NCBI GenBank assembly: GCA_010093815.1
Contig: ML996583.1
Direction: 5' to 3' (one strand)
DNA length: 64,000 nt
Source of the DNA: Pseudovirgaria hyperparasitica
Lineage: Eukaryota
This document shows, one piece after another, positions 50,637-63,102 of this stretch (position 1 is the stretch's first letter; each line of letters begins with the position of its first letter). The translations under genes were made by a program, and so were the position numbers. Under the pieces are notes generated by a model, which saw nothing but the letters and a program-made list of their open reading frames with translations, ran no database searches and had not been told where the DNA came from.

Positions 50637-53084
50637 TCACAAATCCAGCTCCCCCAACCCGGCCCTCATCCCCTCCACCGACCTCACCCCAACACCCTTC
50701 AACGCCGCCAGCGCCGCCAGATCAAGCACATCCGCACCGCCCATCTCGACGAGATTATTCACAATCGTCTCTGCGCGCTTCGCGCCCACGCCGCGGAGCG
50801 CACGGATCTGTTTGATGTCTCTTGAGTTGATGATGCTGAGGAGGGAGGTTGTGCGGGGGGTTGGTGGTGGTTGTGCTTGTGCTTGTTCTGATGCTTGGGG
50901 TATGGTAATAGTCGTGCAGGTTTGGGTTTCGCGGTGGAGGGGGTCTGAACTGGATGCCGAGATCGAGTCGCGGAAGATGGCGACTTTGGGAGCGCGTTTC
51001 TGTTTGGGTTTGGTGGTGTATGATGTTTTGCGTTTTTTGAACTGGATGCTTGAGTCGGAGGTGTATGCGTCGTCGTTGTCGTTGTCGTTCTCGTCGGCGT
51101 CGTCGAGGTCGGCGTTGGGGATGAATTCGGACGTGTCTGGGTCGTCTTGGGGCTGCTTTCTGGCTTCCTCGCTGATGCGGGATTTGGGTTTCGTCGTCCT
51201 TGAGAGAGAGCGTTTTGCTGGGGCGTTGAGACTGGCTCGCGCGGCTGGGGCTTGGAATGACGGGGTCGGGTCGTAGGAGTCGGTGGATGTAGATGTGAAT
51301 GCCGGAGCTTGATGTTGGAATGAGTTCCCATTCGTCCTCCCGTTTTGGATGTGCGGGTTCTCTTCTGAATACTGGTCCTCTTTGGTAATCTGTCCCTGTT
51401 GAAGCTTCGCTTCGCGGATCTTTTCGTCCAAGGCGGCGATCTTCCTTTCCAGCTTCTCGTTATCTGGGAAGTACGGCACAGCCAGTCGATACATCTTCAG
51501 CGCACTCGTATCCTCGCCTCTGGCTTGGTGTTGTTTTGCCATCATGAGAAAGTGGAGCCCCTCTTCCTTGCTCTTGTCCGTGGACGCTTCCACCCGTCGT
51601 TCCAAGTCAAGCAATCGCTGCTGGAGCTCAGGAGGCAGCGCGGGTAACGCAGAATTCACATCCGAGATGGCCCTCTCCGCGAACTTCTCCGACAGCTTAG
51701 CGTCTATCATGGCTTCTATGGCAGCCGCTGAGAGGACTGGCTCCGAAGGATGCGATCGGAAGACAGCCGGGCGTATCGCTTTCGAGGGGCGGCTTTGTAT
51801 TGACTGCTCGGCAGGCCGTTTTTGGGTCTCATTCGAGCGGCGTGTAGTGCCAGTGGGTGCATTGGCAGATGCTCGAGGCAGCTTTCTTGAATCTGAATAG
51901 ACTGAGAATTCCTTCACCGGTTTGTCGGACTTTGGAACTTTGTTGATGCCTATGTTGTGCGCCGTCGCCAGAGCCCGAAGCGGCTGTCTTTGTATGTTTT
52001 TTCCAGCTATACTCGAGGTCGTGGTAGAAGACTTCGTGTCTGACCGGAACACCGGCTCGTTCTCGACCTCGCATACCTCGATCTTCTTCGTCCGATTTGC
52101 AAAATTCAACGAGCTCAGGGTATCCAGGTGGTAACCTTTCACGGGCGCCAGATTAAGGATCATGATAGTCAGGCCATTATTCTGCCCTAATGAGAGTATG
52201 CGAGTCATCTTGGATTCTCTGTAAGGTATCCTGGTTTGTTTCTTGCTTATTGCCTCAACACATTGAGCAAGCACGAAAAGTGACTTGTTTATGCTGGAAG
52301 ACTCGACGAGGCGCTCTTTGTTGTTGTCCGTACGGCGATTGTCTTCTGAACCTGCCAGGTCGATGGCTGACGCCCGACTCACACGAACGCTCGTTTCTGT
52401 CGTCTGAGTAATTTTCACACAGAGGACCGCGTGAGATCTCGAAGAGTGCGCATTCAGCTTGGTAGCAGAAGTGGACCGGTTCACATTGGCCTGGTCATAC
52501 AGCTGTTCAAACTCTTTCAGTGTCGTGCACGGCCTCTCGGTCAGGCCCACGACGACTGTTTTGCCATTGTTGTCCCGTATTGGCAGGCCTGCTGGTGTTC
52601 GCTTTTCTGGCGGCTCGAATAGGTCAAAGACCTTATCGTTGTATATTTCGTAGTAGCTCATCGCGACTTCAATCTCTGTGGCCCCTGCCGTACTCTTTTC
52701 AATCTTTCGCTGTTCCCTATATATCTTGCTAAGCAGTCGCGGGATGACGCCTCGTTCGGCCAGAGATTTTCCTCCGCGCATCGTATGTGTCTTGCCCGTG
52801 CCCGTAACACCATACGCAAATATCGTAGTATCGAAGCCATTGAACAAATGCTTCACGGTCGGGGCGATTTCGTGGTCAAAAAGGTCCTGTTGCGTCGCGT
52901 GTTGTTCGTAGACACTGTTGAACTGGAACGAAAAGCTCTCTGCACCATTCTTAGGGTTTGGTATTCGGACCACCGTGGGACTGGCTGGCTTCTCATTGCC
53001 GACGCTTTCGGCGGTGACAATTACATCTTTTTCGATCTCGAGCTTCAGCAAAGGCCGGATTCGAGCGACGACGCGGACGCTCAT
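50637..53084 (-). CDS. Kinesin-10 (KIF22/Kid-like) with C-terminal helix-hairpin-helix DNA-binding domain
   Basis: AYGVTGTGKTHTM, NAHSSRSH, IDLAGSEDNRRT, IPYRESKMTR; HhH motifs LRGVGAKRAE and LKGVGVRSVE. Confidence 0.93.
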   Translation of the reverse strand: MSVRVVARIRPLLKLEIEKDVIVTAESVGNEKPASPTVVRIPNPKNGAESFSFQFNSVYEQHATQQDLFDHEIAPTVKHLFNGFDTTIFAYGVTGTGKTHTMRGGKSLAERGVIPRLLSKIYREQRKIEKSTAGATEIEVAMSYYEIYNDKVFDLFEPPEKRTPAGLPIRDNNGKTVVVGLTERPCTTLKEFEQLYDQANVNRSTSATKLNAHSSRSHAVLCVKITQTTETSVRVSRASAIDLAGSEDNRRTDNNKERLVESSSINKSLFVLAQCVEAISKKQTRIPYRESKMTRILSLGQNNGLTIMILNLAPVKGYHLDTLSSLNFANRTKKIEVCEVENEPVFRSDTKSSTTTSSIAGKNIQRQPLRALATAHNIGINKVPKSDKPVKEFSVYSDSRKLPRASANAPTGTTRRSNETQKRPAEQSIQSRPSKAIRPAVFRSHPSEPVLSAAAIEAMIDAKLSEKFAERAISDVNSALPALPPELQQRLLDLERRVEASTDKSKEEGLHFLMMAKQHQARGEDTSALKMYRLAVPYFPDNEKLERKIAALDEKIREAKLQQGQITKEDQYSEENPHIQNGRTNGNSFQHQAPAFTSTSTDSYDPTPSFQAPAARASLNAPAKRSLSRTTKPKSRISEEARKQPQDDPDTSEFIPNADLDDADENDNDNDDAYTSDSSIQFKKRKTSYTTKPKQKRAPKVAIFRDSISASSSDPLHRETQTCTTITIPQASEQAQAQPPPTPRTTSLLSIINSRDIKQIRALRGVGAKRAETIVNNLVEMGGADVLDLAALAALKGVGVRSVEGMRAGLGELDL

Positions 53085-53808
53085 GTTGTTGGGGGAAGGG
53101 TGAAAGAATGCGCGAAGAGATGAGCTCTATGAGCGGCCTGGATGAGTATCAGGCTTGTTCGTAGCTCAATGCAAGAACAATCTTGTTGTGTATGAATGGA
53201 TAGGACCTCGCATCGGTGAGCTCATGAGAGTTTCGCGTAGACCGTCCCTGAATGAGGTTAGCGTGCGGTTGTCAGGAGCAACGGCCAAAACTCCGGATAT
53301 ATCGTGCGGCCTCCAATATCATCTTCCTGATGTAGCGGTATTAGATACATCTCTCAATATATGAGAACATATCCGGGTACTTGTTCAACACCCTATGCTG
53401 GTGTCAAAAGACCATTCGCAACTAAGGATATTCGCATGACATGAAATTGGATATCTGAGCTGAGCGCACAGGGCGATGGACGCACTATCCATATTAGACC
53501 TCGAAGATCGCACATAAGCTTTATAATATACATAGGGGAGTATCTCAAGACTACGATCTGAGGTGCGAATAAAGCACAAGGGAAAACTCTAGTATCAGTC
53601 ATCAACCCTTCCACAGTCTGAGTCTGGTTCATTTCTCGCTCCTACACTGTGAGAGCACGTACTCGTACACTGATGAATCACTTTTCAAATTTTACAATTC
53701 AAAATTGATCCGTCCAGTTGAGATAATCGAATTACTTCTAGCTATCTGGTACAAAGCATTTCCACATTGGAGTACTTGTTGTCGTTACATAGTACCATCA
53801 GCAAGCGC

Positions 53809-54431
53809 TCAATTGCCGTCAGGGTAGACATTCTGAGAGACCTTGCAACCACCAGAGCTGCTCCACAATTTGTTTGCTACTATTGTGTCAGTCACATGCT
53901 ACTAGTATCATGATCCGGACTTATATGCTTACTGTTGGGAGAATGTCCGTTTGAGCCGTCACGAATCAGCTTGTGACCGCCCCCAGATGGAGAGTTGTTC
54001 TCGCAGTTGAGCTCAGCTTGACCGCCGTCGCCGTCTCCAATCCAGATATCAATCTGCTTGTCGTTACAGCCAGTGCAGATGTCTGCCATGACAAGGTACT
54101 TTTTCAGATACGGGAACCAGGTGATCTCGCATGGCTTGTGGAGCGAGCCGCCCTTTTTGGTCGCGTATGTCAGGGGCTTGTCATACGATCCATCGCCTCC
54201 AGCGCGGGCACCGCGGCCAACGCAGCTGTACGCAACCTGGTTGTTGCCACAGCCTGCGTGGTAACCGTCGAGGCAGTTGTCTGGGTCTGTGATTGTAAGT
54301 TTAGGTTTCATGCTGAAGTTTCAGGGAGGGTACTTACATCCAAACCAAGTCTGCTTGCTCACAGTGACAGCGTCATAGGCTTGAGCTGTTGCCAAAACCG
54401 TGGCAAGGATAGTAGCAATGGTTGCCTTCAT
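53809..54431 (-). CDS. Small secreted cysteine-rich protein; introns 54287-54337 and 53877(or 53880)-53932
   Basis: Signal peptide MKATIATILATVLATAQA; TWFGYPDNC...AGGDGSYDKPLTYA...PYLKKYLVMADICTGC..IDIWIG; canonical splice sites; TATA on the minus strand near 54520. Confidence 0.85.
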
Positions 54432-56216
54432 TGTCGGGAAAAGTTCCAAGATGTTGATATCTATTCGTGAAAGAAGCAAGGCTTGATGGTCTCAACGAAA
54501 GGGAAATAATCAGTCCTTTATATACACGCCCAGGGGGACTATCAGGGCACCAAATAGCTTAGACACCATTACGAACGACTGAAGCATCCGGATACATCGG
54601 AAGGAGCCTTCGAAAAGCTTGTAAACATCTTCCCGAGCCCCATTGTAGTAGACGGTGACACATCAATTGGGCCTACAAGAGGACCAAGTCCGACCTTCGG
54701 AGTCGAAAAGTACGCTTACAGTCTCAAAACTGATGATCATGGACGACAATGTGACCAATCTACTGGATCTTGATTTTCTGTTTACGAAACATCTGTGACG
54801 GCGCGCAGTTAGTGATTACAGTCTCCGCGTAAGTTCTTCATCTATTATACACAATGGGATGGTGACAAAGTGATAGTACAAAAGGTAAATACCACAGCTA
54901 GCTAGGGACGACAGCTCCGACAAACAAGTTTGGCCCCTCGGGATTACCACATATGGCCTTAGTTCCGGCCTCGAAGGTAGAGGCATCTTTCACTCTACTT
55001 GCTGAATTGGGAAGGTCAATGCGGCGGATAGTGTAGAGGTAGGCTAACGTGTCAGCTTATAGATATGCAGAACTAGTCACAGAACTCACTAGGCAAGTCT
55101 CCAAACCCGTGTCCACTATTACGCTATAGTTGTGGTTGTCGGGCGGGACCCTGAAGCCGGTGCGTACGTACGTGGCTAGCATTCATATGATCGTCATGTG
55201 AAGTTATCAATGCCGTCTTGTCGTTCTTCCATGTACACATTTCGACTAGAGATGAAGGGGTGATTTTGCAGCGGTATAACAAATAGATGCATCATTCTGT
55301 GATACCGCTTATTTCGGCACCATACAGTTTTGATAGGAGGGCTCATCAATAACATCGATTATATTATCGACACGAGCAGATACAGAAGATGACCTTGAAA
55401 CTGTCCATGGCTGATGCTGGTCTTTGATCATAGGGCCTACTGCGCTTCAGGGGTGTTGAAAGATCCCAACAGTTACCTTCAGTAGATGAAGTTCCACGTT
55501 TACTGCCTCCTGAGGTCTATGTCTAGAGCCGACCTTCACAGCAGCAACGCATCTGCAGAGAAGTCTCCCACAGTCCCACCCAGTAACACATAGACAGGAG
55601 GTCTAGATAGAGTGTCAAGGCCAAGACCCCATCCAGGGCAAGGATCGTAGAAGAGCCTTTCGGAGATATGGCAGCCGTTGGCACGGATGATAGAAACGCT
55701 GAGCGATGACGTAAACGGGACAGAAAGGCTCCTGGAAGTGTCCCAAAAGCCATCGAGTTTGGTACGAACCATGGACTAGAACCCAATTTTCCGATATCTC
55801 CAGGAACTTCGCATATCCAGGCACGAATTTCAGCTCCGCCGAAGTCGATAGCTCATCTATAGCCTGCTTGCGGCTCTACACAGTGATCAAGTCGAGGTTC
55901 AACATTAATTACATCGACACTCGAGATGAGAGAGTGTACGCCTCGCCGCCAGTCCCGATTTAAAGACCATTGTATAATAAAACGATGACATGGCTGCTAT
56001 AGACATTGACATCAGCAATGCTTATCTCGCAGTCACAAATCCCACTACATTCCATTAACAGACATGTACGTGAGCAATTGCGTTGTCATGGCTGCCGCCG
56101 TATATAGAACCTCTGCCAGTAGCCCCCCAAACGAAACAACCATCACAGAAATCAGTAGTGGAGTCAAAGATTCGCTTTCGAGATTGCCACCTGCTCTCCT
56201 TAAACGTCACCTCACA

Positions 56217-56312
56217 GATAAGTTCGTATGTACAAGAGATAGATCTGAAGCAGCCGTACCGCACCGCCTCAGCGAGGTTCTATCGACGAGTGTGTTGGTG
56301 CTTGAAGCAGGA
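56217..56312 (+). pseudogene. Relic of a GMC oxidoreductase FAD-binding N-terminus
   Basis: DKFVCTRDRSEAAVPHRLSEVLSTSVLVLEAG aligns in register with D.IVVGGGTSG.AVANRLSE....VLVLEAG; three Gly codons are single G>A changes away. Confidence 0.5.
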
Positions 56313-57218
56313 CAGATAGCTGGGATAGTTGGCGTCGTCGATACCCTACCTTCACACTCGACTATACCGTAGCCTAGGTCCAGGCTATGAAAGCAACCAA
56401 GACATCCGCATCGGACGATCTGAATCTTAGTTATACCCCAGGCGCAGACCAACAATCAATGCATCACTCAAGACTCTACGCAGCCACCGAACGACATCTT
56501 ACAGTGTTCATCATGAACCAATCCGAAAGTACGGCAAATCCCATCGTCAAACAACCCTCCCAGGCCCTCCAAATCATATCCGAAGACAGAAAAGAGGCCC
56601 CACCACCAGACTCATCCCGACAGATTCCAGAAGCAGCAACACACTGCTCGCGATAGCATCCAAAGATATCATTCTCGCCGCCAGCGCCGTCCAGACACTA
56701 CAAAGTTGCTGATGATATCCGGCATTGGCGGCCCCGAAGAGACACTCTCAAAATTCGCAATTTACCTTATACCTCGCCTCTATCTCGCATGTACATGGAA
56801 GGAGGGGGCACCCGTATTGTAGACGGCGGTGTGTTCCTAAGGATATCAGATCAGGGATATCCGCAATGTCCGACTTCCATGGCTGTTGCCCGAAAAAAGG
56901 CGGAGGATACGTATGATAAAGAAGATCAAAGCCCCAGAGTGTAGAGTTTATGTCAAACCCCTGAGAAAGGATATCATTTGAGTTTTACGGAAAAAGACGA
57001 TAAGCGCATATTCATGCCATCATCCGCCATGACTCCCAAAAAAAATGTGTCAGAGTGCCAGACCAGCCATGCCCAAACACATCCCTACGAACTCTCCAAG
57101 AAGCCCTTCACCAACGAGAAAGTTACAACAGGTTACAACCCAGGTCAAATTCAACAACCACTCGAACTTCTTGACCAGCAATTCTTCGCTATTCAAGTAG
57201 CGCCACACACAAGTTCTC

Positions 57219-59362
57219 TTATGGGCCTTGCTCCGCCTTGTTTCCAAACCATCCAGTCGGGATCCAACTGCCCCGATTCGCTGCCTTTCGCGCCCTCTCA
57301 CTCTCCGCGTCCTGCTCCTGTGCTTCCTGTACCAATCTCAGTGGCCGAGGCCCACGTCCGCTCATGACGGCTCCGCCACCAGGGCCGCCTTGTCGGTCAA
57401 AGCTACTGGCAACACTGCGCGGCGGGCTTGGTGTGTCAAGACTGACGCTCCCACCCTCGGCACTAACGCTGCCTTCATTCGGCGTCGTTGTGCCAGGGCG
57501 ATTGTTCTCGTCCGAACTTGGCGCTCGCGCGTGGCCTGGTCCCGGTGGGGCTGATGTAGCAGACGGCGCGCGAGAGCCGGATGACGAGGGTGCAGGGCCA
57601 CCGGGCAGCGAACCGAAGAATGAGTTCCGGGGTGATGCGATACCGGGTGAGACTTGGCCGGAAGTATTTGCCGGCAGGGGGCCGCGGTACATGTTTGACA
57701 CAATGCTGGCGGAGGGCCATTCGGAATTCGAGCGGCGGTGGAAGTTTCCAGATGAGTTGCGGTTTGGGTTGTTTCTGAGGGGGACAGAGGGTGCGGTGTC
57801 GGGGTTTTCGTTGAGGATCGTTCCATTAGGATTAGGTGGGGGGATGTAGGACATTGGGCGCGATTTGCGACTGTCGGAAGAAGTGGTATTTGAGGTTGTT
57901 GCTGCTGTCGCGGCACGTTGGGCGACTGATTTGGCGCGCTGGAGGAAGGATGAGTTTTCTTTGGGAACTGGTGGAGGTGGGAGGTCTTTGTCTGTGTTGG
58001 GCTTTGAAGGGGTGGTCGTCGCGCTTGGAAGGTCTAGATCATTCTTGTCGAGGATTGACTCGAAGCCCTGATGTTGTAAGACACGCTCGATGATCTTGTT
58101 GATATATAGCGTAAGAGCCTTGTTCTGTTCTTTTAACTTGCTCACTTCTCCCTCAAGTCGTTTCGTATATTCGGCTTCGTCAGCCTCTTCGGCAGACTCA
58201 AGTTCGTCGGCGAGACTCGTGCTCGGACCATTACTAGTCGACGGTCGCTCATTCATATCATTTGTGCCGCGCATAAAGTCTCCACGAGCGAAATCGCCAT
58301 TAAGAGTCTTCTCGCCCAAGAGAACTTGAAAGCTCTCATTGTCCTCCATGATACGGGCGTTGGTCATACGAGCTTCCATGAGCAGTCTTTCTAGCTCTTG
58401 AACCCGACCGCCGCCCTGGTTTTCCAACTCAACCTGTTTTATCTGTGCTTCAGCGAGCTCTAGTCGGAGTGACTCGATGACCTTGTCCTTCTGTAGTAGG
58501 AGTTTAGAGCTGTTCCGCGAGTCGCTTCGTTGAACTGATCCAGGAGGTGCAAACTGGCCGTTGTCATTAATATTTTGTTCAGAGTTCTTCCTAGAGTTGC
58601 TCCTGAAGCTTGCTGTTTGAATTACGTCAGCTGGGTACTCAGGTTGGTAAGGGCAGTGCAGTGTGGACGATGATGTGAGGAGGCTGTGCTGGGGACCTTA
58701 CAATTCCGTGACAATTTCCCGTCGTTATCAGGCCCTGGCCGCAATTCACGGTGCGCCTGGCCTTCTTTCAGCCTCTGGATAATCTCCGATAGTTCATCTT
58801 CACGAGTCTGTGACTCGTCCTTTTGCTTCATGAACGAGGCCCGCTCCGCTTCGTATATGCTTTCGAGCTCCCTCCTTTGTCGAACGAGCTCACGCTTCTC
58901 ATTTTCGAGACCCTCGTTCCTTTCTTCTTCCTCGTGAACCTTCTCTTCAAGTTTCGCTTGGTCGCTGTGCGACTCGTCGAGGCGAGTTTGAAAGACTTCT
59001 ACTTGCTTACGAAGATCGTCTGATGTACTTTCTGCCTTCAGTAACTGGTCCTTCAATTCCTGTATGGCAGCAGCAGATTCCGCGCGGGCATCTTCGGCAG
59101 CGGCAGCATCGTCCTGCGATGCCGACGTACTGAGATTCGAAGGAGCCCCCGGCTTCCGCGCTGCAGCTCGCGCCGACAGCGGGGCGCCATTTCGAAGCGA
59201 TCTAGTCCGAGTAGGAGCTGGAGCTGTTGTAGAAGAGGAGGCTGGCGTTGTCGTCGTCGTTCGGGACGGACTACGGGCATTTTGACCGGGGGATGAGGAG
59301 GGGTTGGAGGAAGGCCGGGAGGATGCGCCAGAGACAGGCGGCTTCTTTGGAGTGGAGGACAT
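57219..59362 (-). CDS. Conserved fungal coiled-coil hypothetical protein; intron 58613-58701
   Basis: Long coiled coil, KDKVIESLRLELAE, LLMEARMTNARIMEDNESFQVLL, ALTLYINKIIERVLQH, PRPLRLVQE, KAANRGSW. Confidence 0.85.
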
Positions 59363-60514
59363 GTCGTCAGTGGCAGAGGCAATATACTCGTAGGAATCAA
59401 GACGTCTCTATGCAGCTATTGGTGTCGTGATGTGACAGATGCAAGAACGCCGGGATCCGGGGAAAGAACGAGAGTCAGCGAGCAAGGAACCGATGAGTTC
59501 ACAATGAGGTCTTGATACTAGATACAAGAAGTGAAGAGCATGTCGACGTATGGTGAATGAGCGAGGGCATGTACAAAGTATTCAAAACAAGACACGATGA
59601 ATACAGAGATTGGGCGCAATCTCCAGAAAGTCTGCACGGTGGCACGGTGTCACGTTTTGGCCCATGCTCCGGGCTCCTCAGCACCAGCACCGCTTACTTA
59701 CAGTTACGGGGACAGTATTGCCTACTAAAATCTCCTGAAACAGAGCCAATAAGCACGAGGCCGTTTCACCCTGCCTCACGTGTTCTGCAAAACCCTAAAA
59801 TAGCTTTGGTCCTGTCTATTCCGTCGTTATGTGTCTTCAATATATAATTGGGTAAGACCATGACGAGCTAGCGAACTGTCTACTGTGGCAGCCTTGTTTG
59901 ATGACATTCGTCTATAAACAAGGAAGAAACTTCTCTTTTGAGGGAAATGGCTACTTCTTAAATGGCGCACCAACGATACTAGTAATGAATGCAACGATGG
60001 CCATGATTCTTTACTCTTCATAAACACTGCTGTCAGAACTGCTTTCACATTCGGCCATACCAACCAGAAAGCAAGCGGTCCCGTTCGCTCCCGCCTATTT
60101 AAGCTGGTTAGGGGTGGATTAGTAGTTAGGTGGGTGACCACTAGCGAATACCCACTGCTGAATGTTTTGTATTTTTGTCTATTTGAACGGCAGTTCTTGC
60201 TACGTTTATATGGCTAAACAAGCGTTGTTTATTGTCTATCCTACGCTATCAACCTATGATGAAAGCTATACTAGCGTCGATATCACGGTCTGAATGAAGT
60301 ACGGATGGCAAATTATACTTCCCATACTAAATAACGTGATACCTATTATAATCCACTCTCATTGCATCTCGCAAACCATCGTTGTCCCATTTGGTACCAT
60401 CCATAAGCCAAGCCTGAGCAATTCCACCTGCCAAAGACGTTGAAGATGGGCAGTCCCGACGGACACATTGCCGCGCGCGGGGAACCGTGCAGCCTGGATG
60501 GTTAGGTAGCAGCG

Positions 60515-60580
60515 GCCGTTATCAGGTTGATAGATCCTCGGAAGACCGGCCGGGGCCTGAGCAAACCTTATCTATCATAT
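60515..60580. promoter_or_regulatory. GATA-site cluster (AreA/Gln3-type) upstream of the DAL5-like permease
   Basis: ttatca, tgatag and cttatctatc within ~65 bp, with ccggccgg between them; consistent with nitrogen regulation (inference). Confidence 0.45.
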
Positions 60581-60906
60581 ATCATCATCATCCACCTCCG
60601 ATGCTGGCAGAGGTGGATTCGTTGAGACCTGGGTGGAGACGCAGTTGATATCGAGATTTATGATATTTATAGGTTGCTCTCCATTCTGTCAACAATTGAA
60701 TGCGAGAGTGGTTCTGCGTCAGTTGGTATTCAACGGAGTCCAACTGTGTCCTGTCTACATCAGCTATATTGATTGTCTGAACGTGTGACGCAGCTGGCGA
60801 GCTCTATATCGCGATAGATCAAACGACCCTGATACTATTGATTTCACGACAGTCTCACAATTCAACTTGCTGCCCTGCGCAGCACACACACCCACAAACC
60901 GCCACC

Positions 60907-62792
60907 ATGCCAACGCAAACCACTCGATCAAACAAGTCTATCGATATGGAAAAAGACATATCCACCCCGGCCGACGCGGAGCCCACGCCAGACTCCCAGC
61001 CCCGAACCGGCAACAGCGACACCAGCATAACCACCGCCAACGTTGCCAAAGTAGAACAGGACATCCTCGCCCACGCCAACGACGCCGACGCCGCGTACGA
61101 CGCCCTGAAAGCCTACGGCGGCCAAGTCATCGCGCTCGATGCCGCCACAAACAAGCGCCTGTTACGCCGGATCGACATGTTCATCATGCCGATCATGTGC
61201 CTTGTCTACGGGCTCAACTATCTCGATAAAACGACACTCTCGTACGCATCCATCATGGGGCTAAAGCAACCGCACTCTGACAACGTGCTGCAGAGCGGTA
61301 TCGGGATCAGCGGGACACAGTACAGCTGGCTGTCGAGTCTGTTCTACTTCGGCTATCTCGCGTGGGAGTATCCGACCAACCGGCTGATCCAGCGGCTGCC
61401 GCTGGGCAAGTACTCGGCTGCCAATATCATCATCTGGGGCTTGGTGCTGAGCTGCTTTGCTGCCGTGAATAACTTCTCGGGTGCGATTGCGATCCGGTTC
61501 TTTCTGGGCGTGTTCGAGGCTGCCGTCACGCCTGGCTTTGCGTTGTTGACTTCTCAGTGGTATACGAAGCGTGAGCAGGGGCTCCGCGTTGGGATCTGGT
61601 TTTCGTTTAATGGCTTCGCTCAGATCTTCGGCGGGCTCGTGGCGTATGGGATTGCTGTGGGTAGCGAGAGGCACGGTACTGTGTTGGAGCCGTGGCGGAT
61701 CGTGTTCCTGCTCACCGGCTGTTTGACAATTGTGATGGGTATTGCGTTTCTAATCATTATGCCGGACAACCAGATGAATGCGTGGTGGCTGAGCAAGGAG
61801 GACCGCGTCAAGGCATTGATACGAATCAAGGGAAACGGGCAGGGTGTGGGCAATAAGCACTGGAAAATCTATCAATTCAAGGAAGCCTTCACGGACCCCC
61901 TAACATGGGCATTTGTGTTCCTTGCCTTGGTTGCAGACATTCCCAATGGTAAGCCCTTATCTCCGAATATTCATATAGCTATGCGTTGCGCAACAAGTCC
62001 ACCTCTTCGGGCGATTAAGCCTGAACACTTGTGCGGACCATATATTGATCATGGAAGATATTGACATCATAACTAGGCGGGATCTCAAATTTCTTCTCTC
62101 AGCTGATTGTCGGATTCGGCTACACACCTCAGCAATCTTTGCTCTATGGCACACCAGGCGGAGCAGTAGAAGTAGTTGCACTGATCGCCTGCGGCTATTT
62201 TGGTGATAAGATTGGTAACCGAATCTTGCTCGGTTGCTCTGGACTGGTTTGTGCGCTTCTTGGTATGATTTTGATTGTAGCTCTGCCACTAGACAACAAC
62301 TCAGGACGGCTGGCCGGATACTATCTGACTCAGGCGTCCCCGACGGCTTTCGTCGCTCTGCTGAGTCTCATCGCGTCCAATGTCGCAGGATACACCAAGA
62401 AGACTACTGTAAGATATATCCTCCAGGATGATAATAGGCAGTAAATAACCATTAGAACAGGTTGCCGCTATGTACCTGGTAGCTTACTGCGTTGGTAATA
62501 TCATTGGTAGGATACATGGCGCCTGGATCGATTCCAACCGATACTGACGACTGCGACAGGCCCTCAGACGTTCCGTCAAAGCGATGCGCCACGATACGTA
62601 CCTGCAGAGATTACCATAATTGTATGTTGGGGATTATGTATCCTTGACATGGCATTCATCTGGTGGTACTGCAAGAAGCAAAACGCGAAGAAAGCAGCTA
62701 TCCGGGCGCAACCAGAGTATATGAAGTTGGAAAATCAGGAGTTCCTCGATCTCACGGATCGTGAGAATCCAGATTTTGTGTATACCATATAG
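60907..62792 (+). CDS. MFS allantoate/dipeptide permease (Dal5 / ACS family); introns 61949-62076, 62409-62460, 62507-62559
   Basis: LLRRID..IMPIMCLVYGLNYLDKTTLSYAS, YSWLSSLFYFGYLAWEYP, SQWYTKREQ, SNVAGYTKKTT, GNIIGPQTF, FLDLTDRENPDFVY. Confidence 0.93.
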
Positions 62793-63102
62793 TTATAGTA
62801 GCCCCTCATGCACCGTGGTCCTTAATCCGAAGCATCTTACCATATGACAACAAGTCTTTGTGGTTTTGCGAACCACATCACCACCTACAACCTCGTAAGT
62901 GTATGTGTGTTGTGGCCCGAATCACAAATGCTGATTGACCCCGATAGCGAGGTTTGATACAGCCAGTGTGTCCGGCCTTCCATGTGCTGAGTGACTTTGT
63001 TCGTATGTCCTGGTCAGTAGGTTGTTCGACACACCGTGAGATGGCGCTGTGATGCCTCATTGGCATCATTTTCTAGTCTTGGACATGACCTAGTGCTAGC
63101 TT

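Noticed and set aside
59760..60400. AT-richer stretch with a 104-aa minus ORF, possible relic
   Set aside because: No recognisable homology; may simply be intergenic DNA between divergent genes
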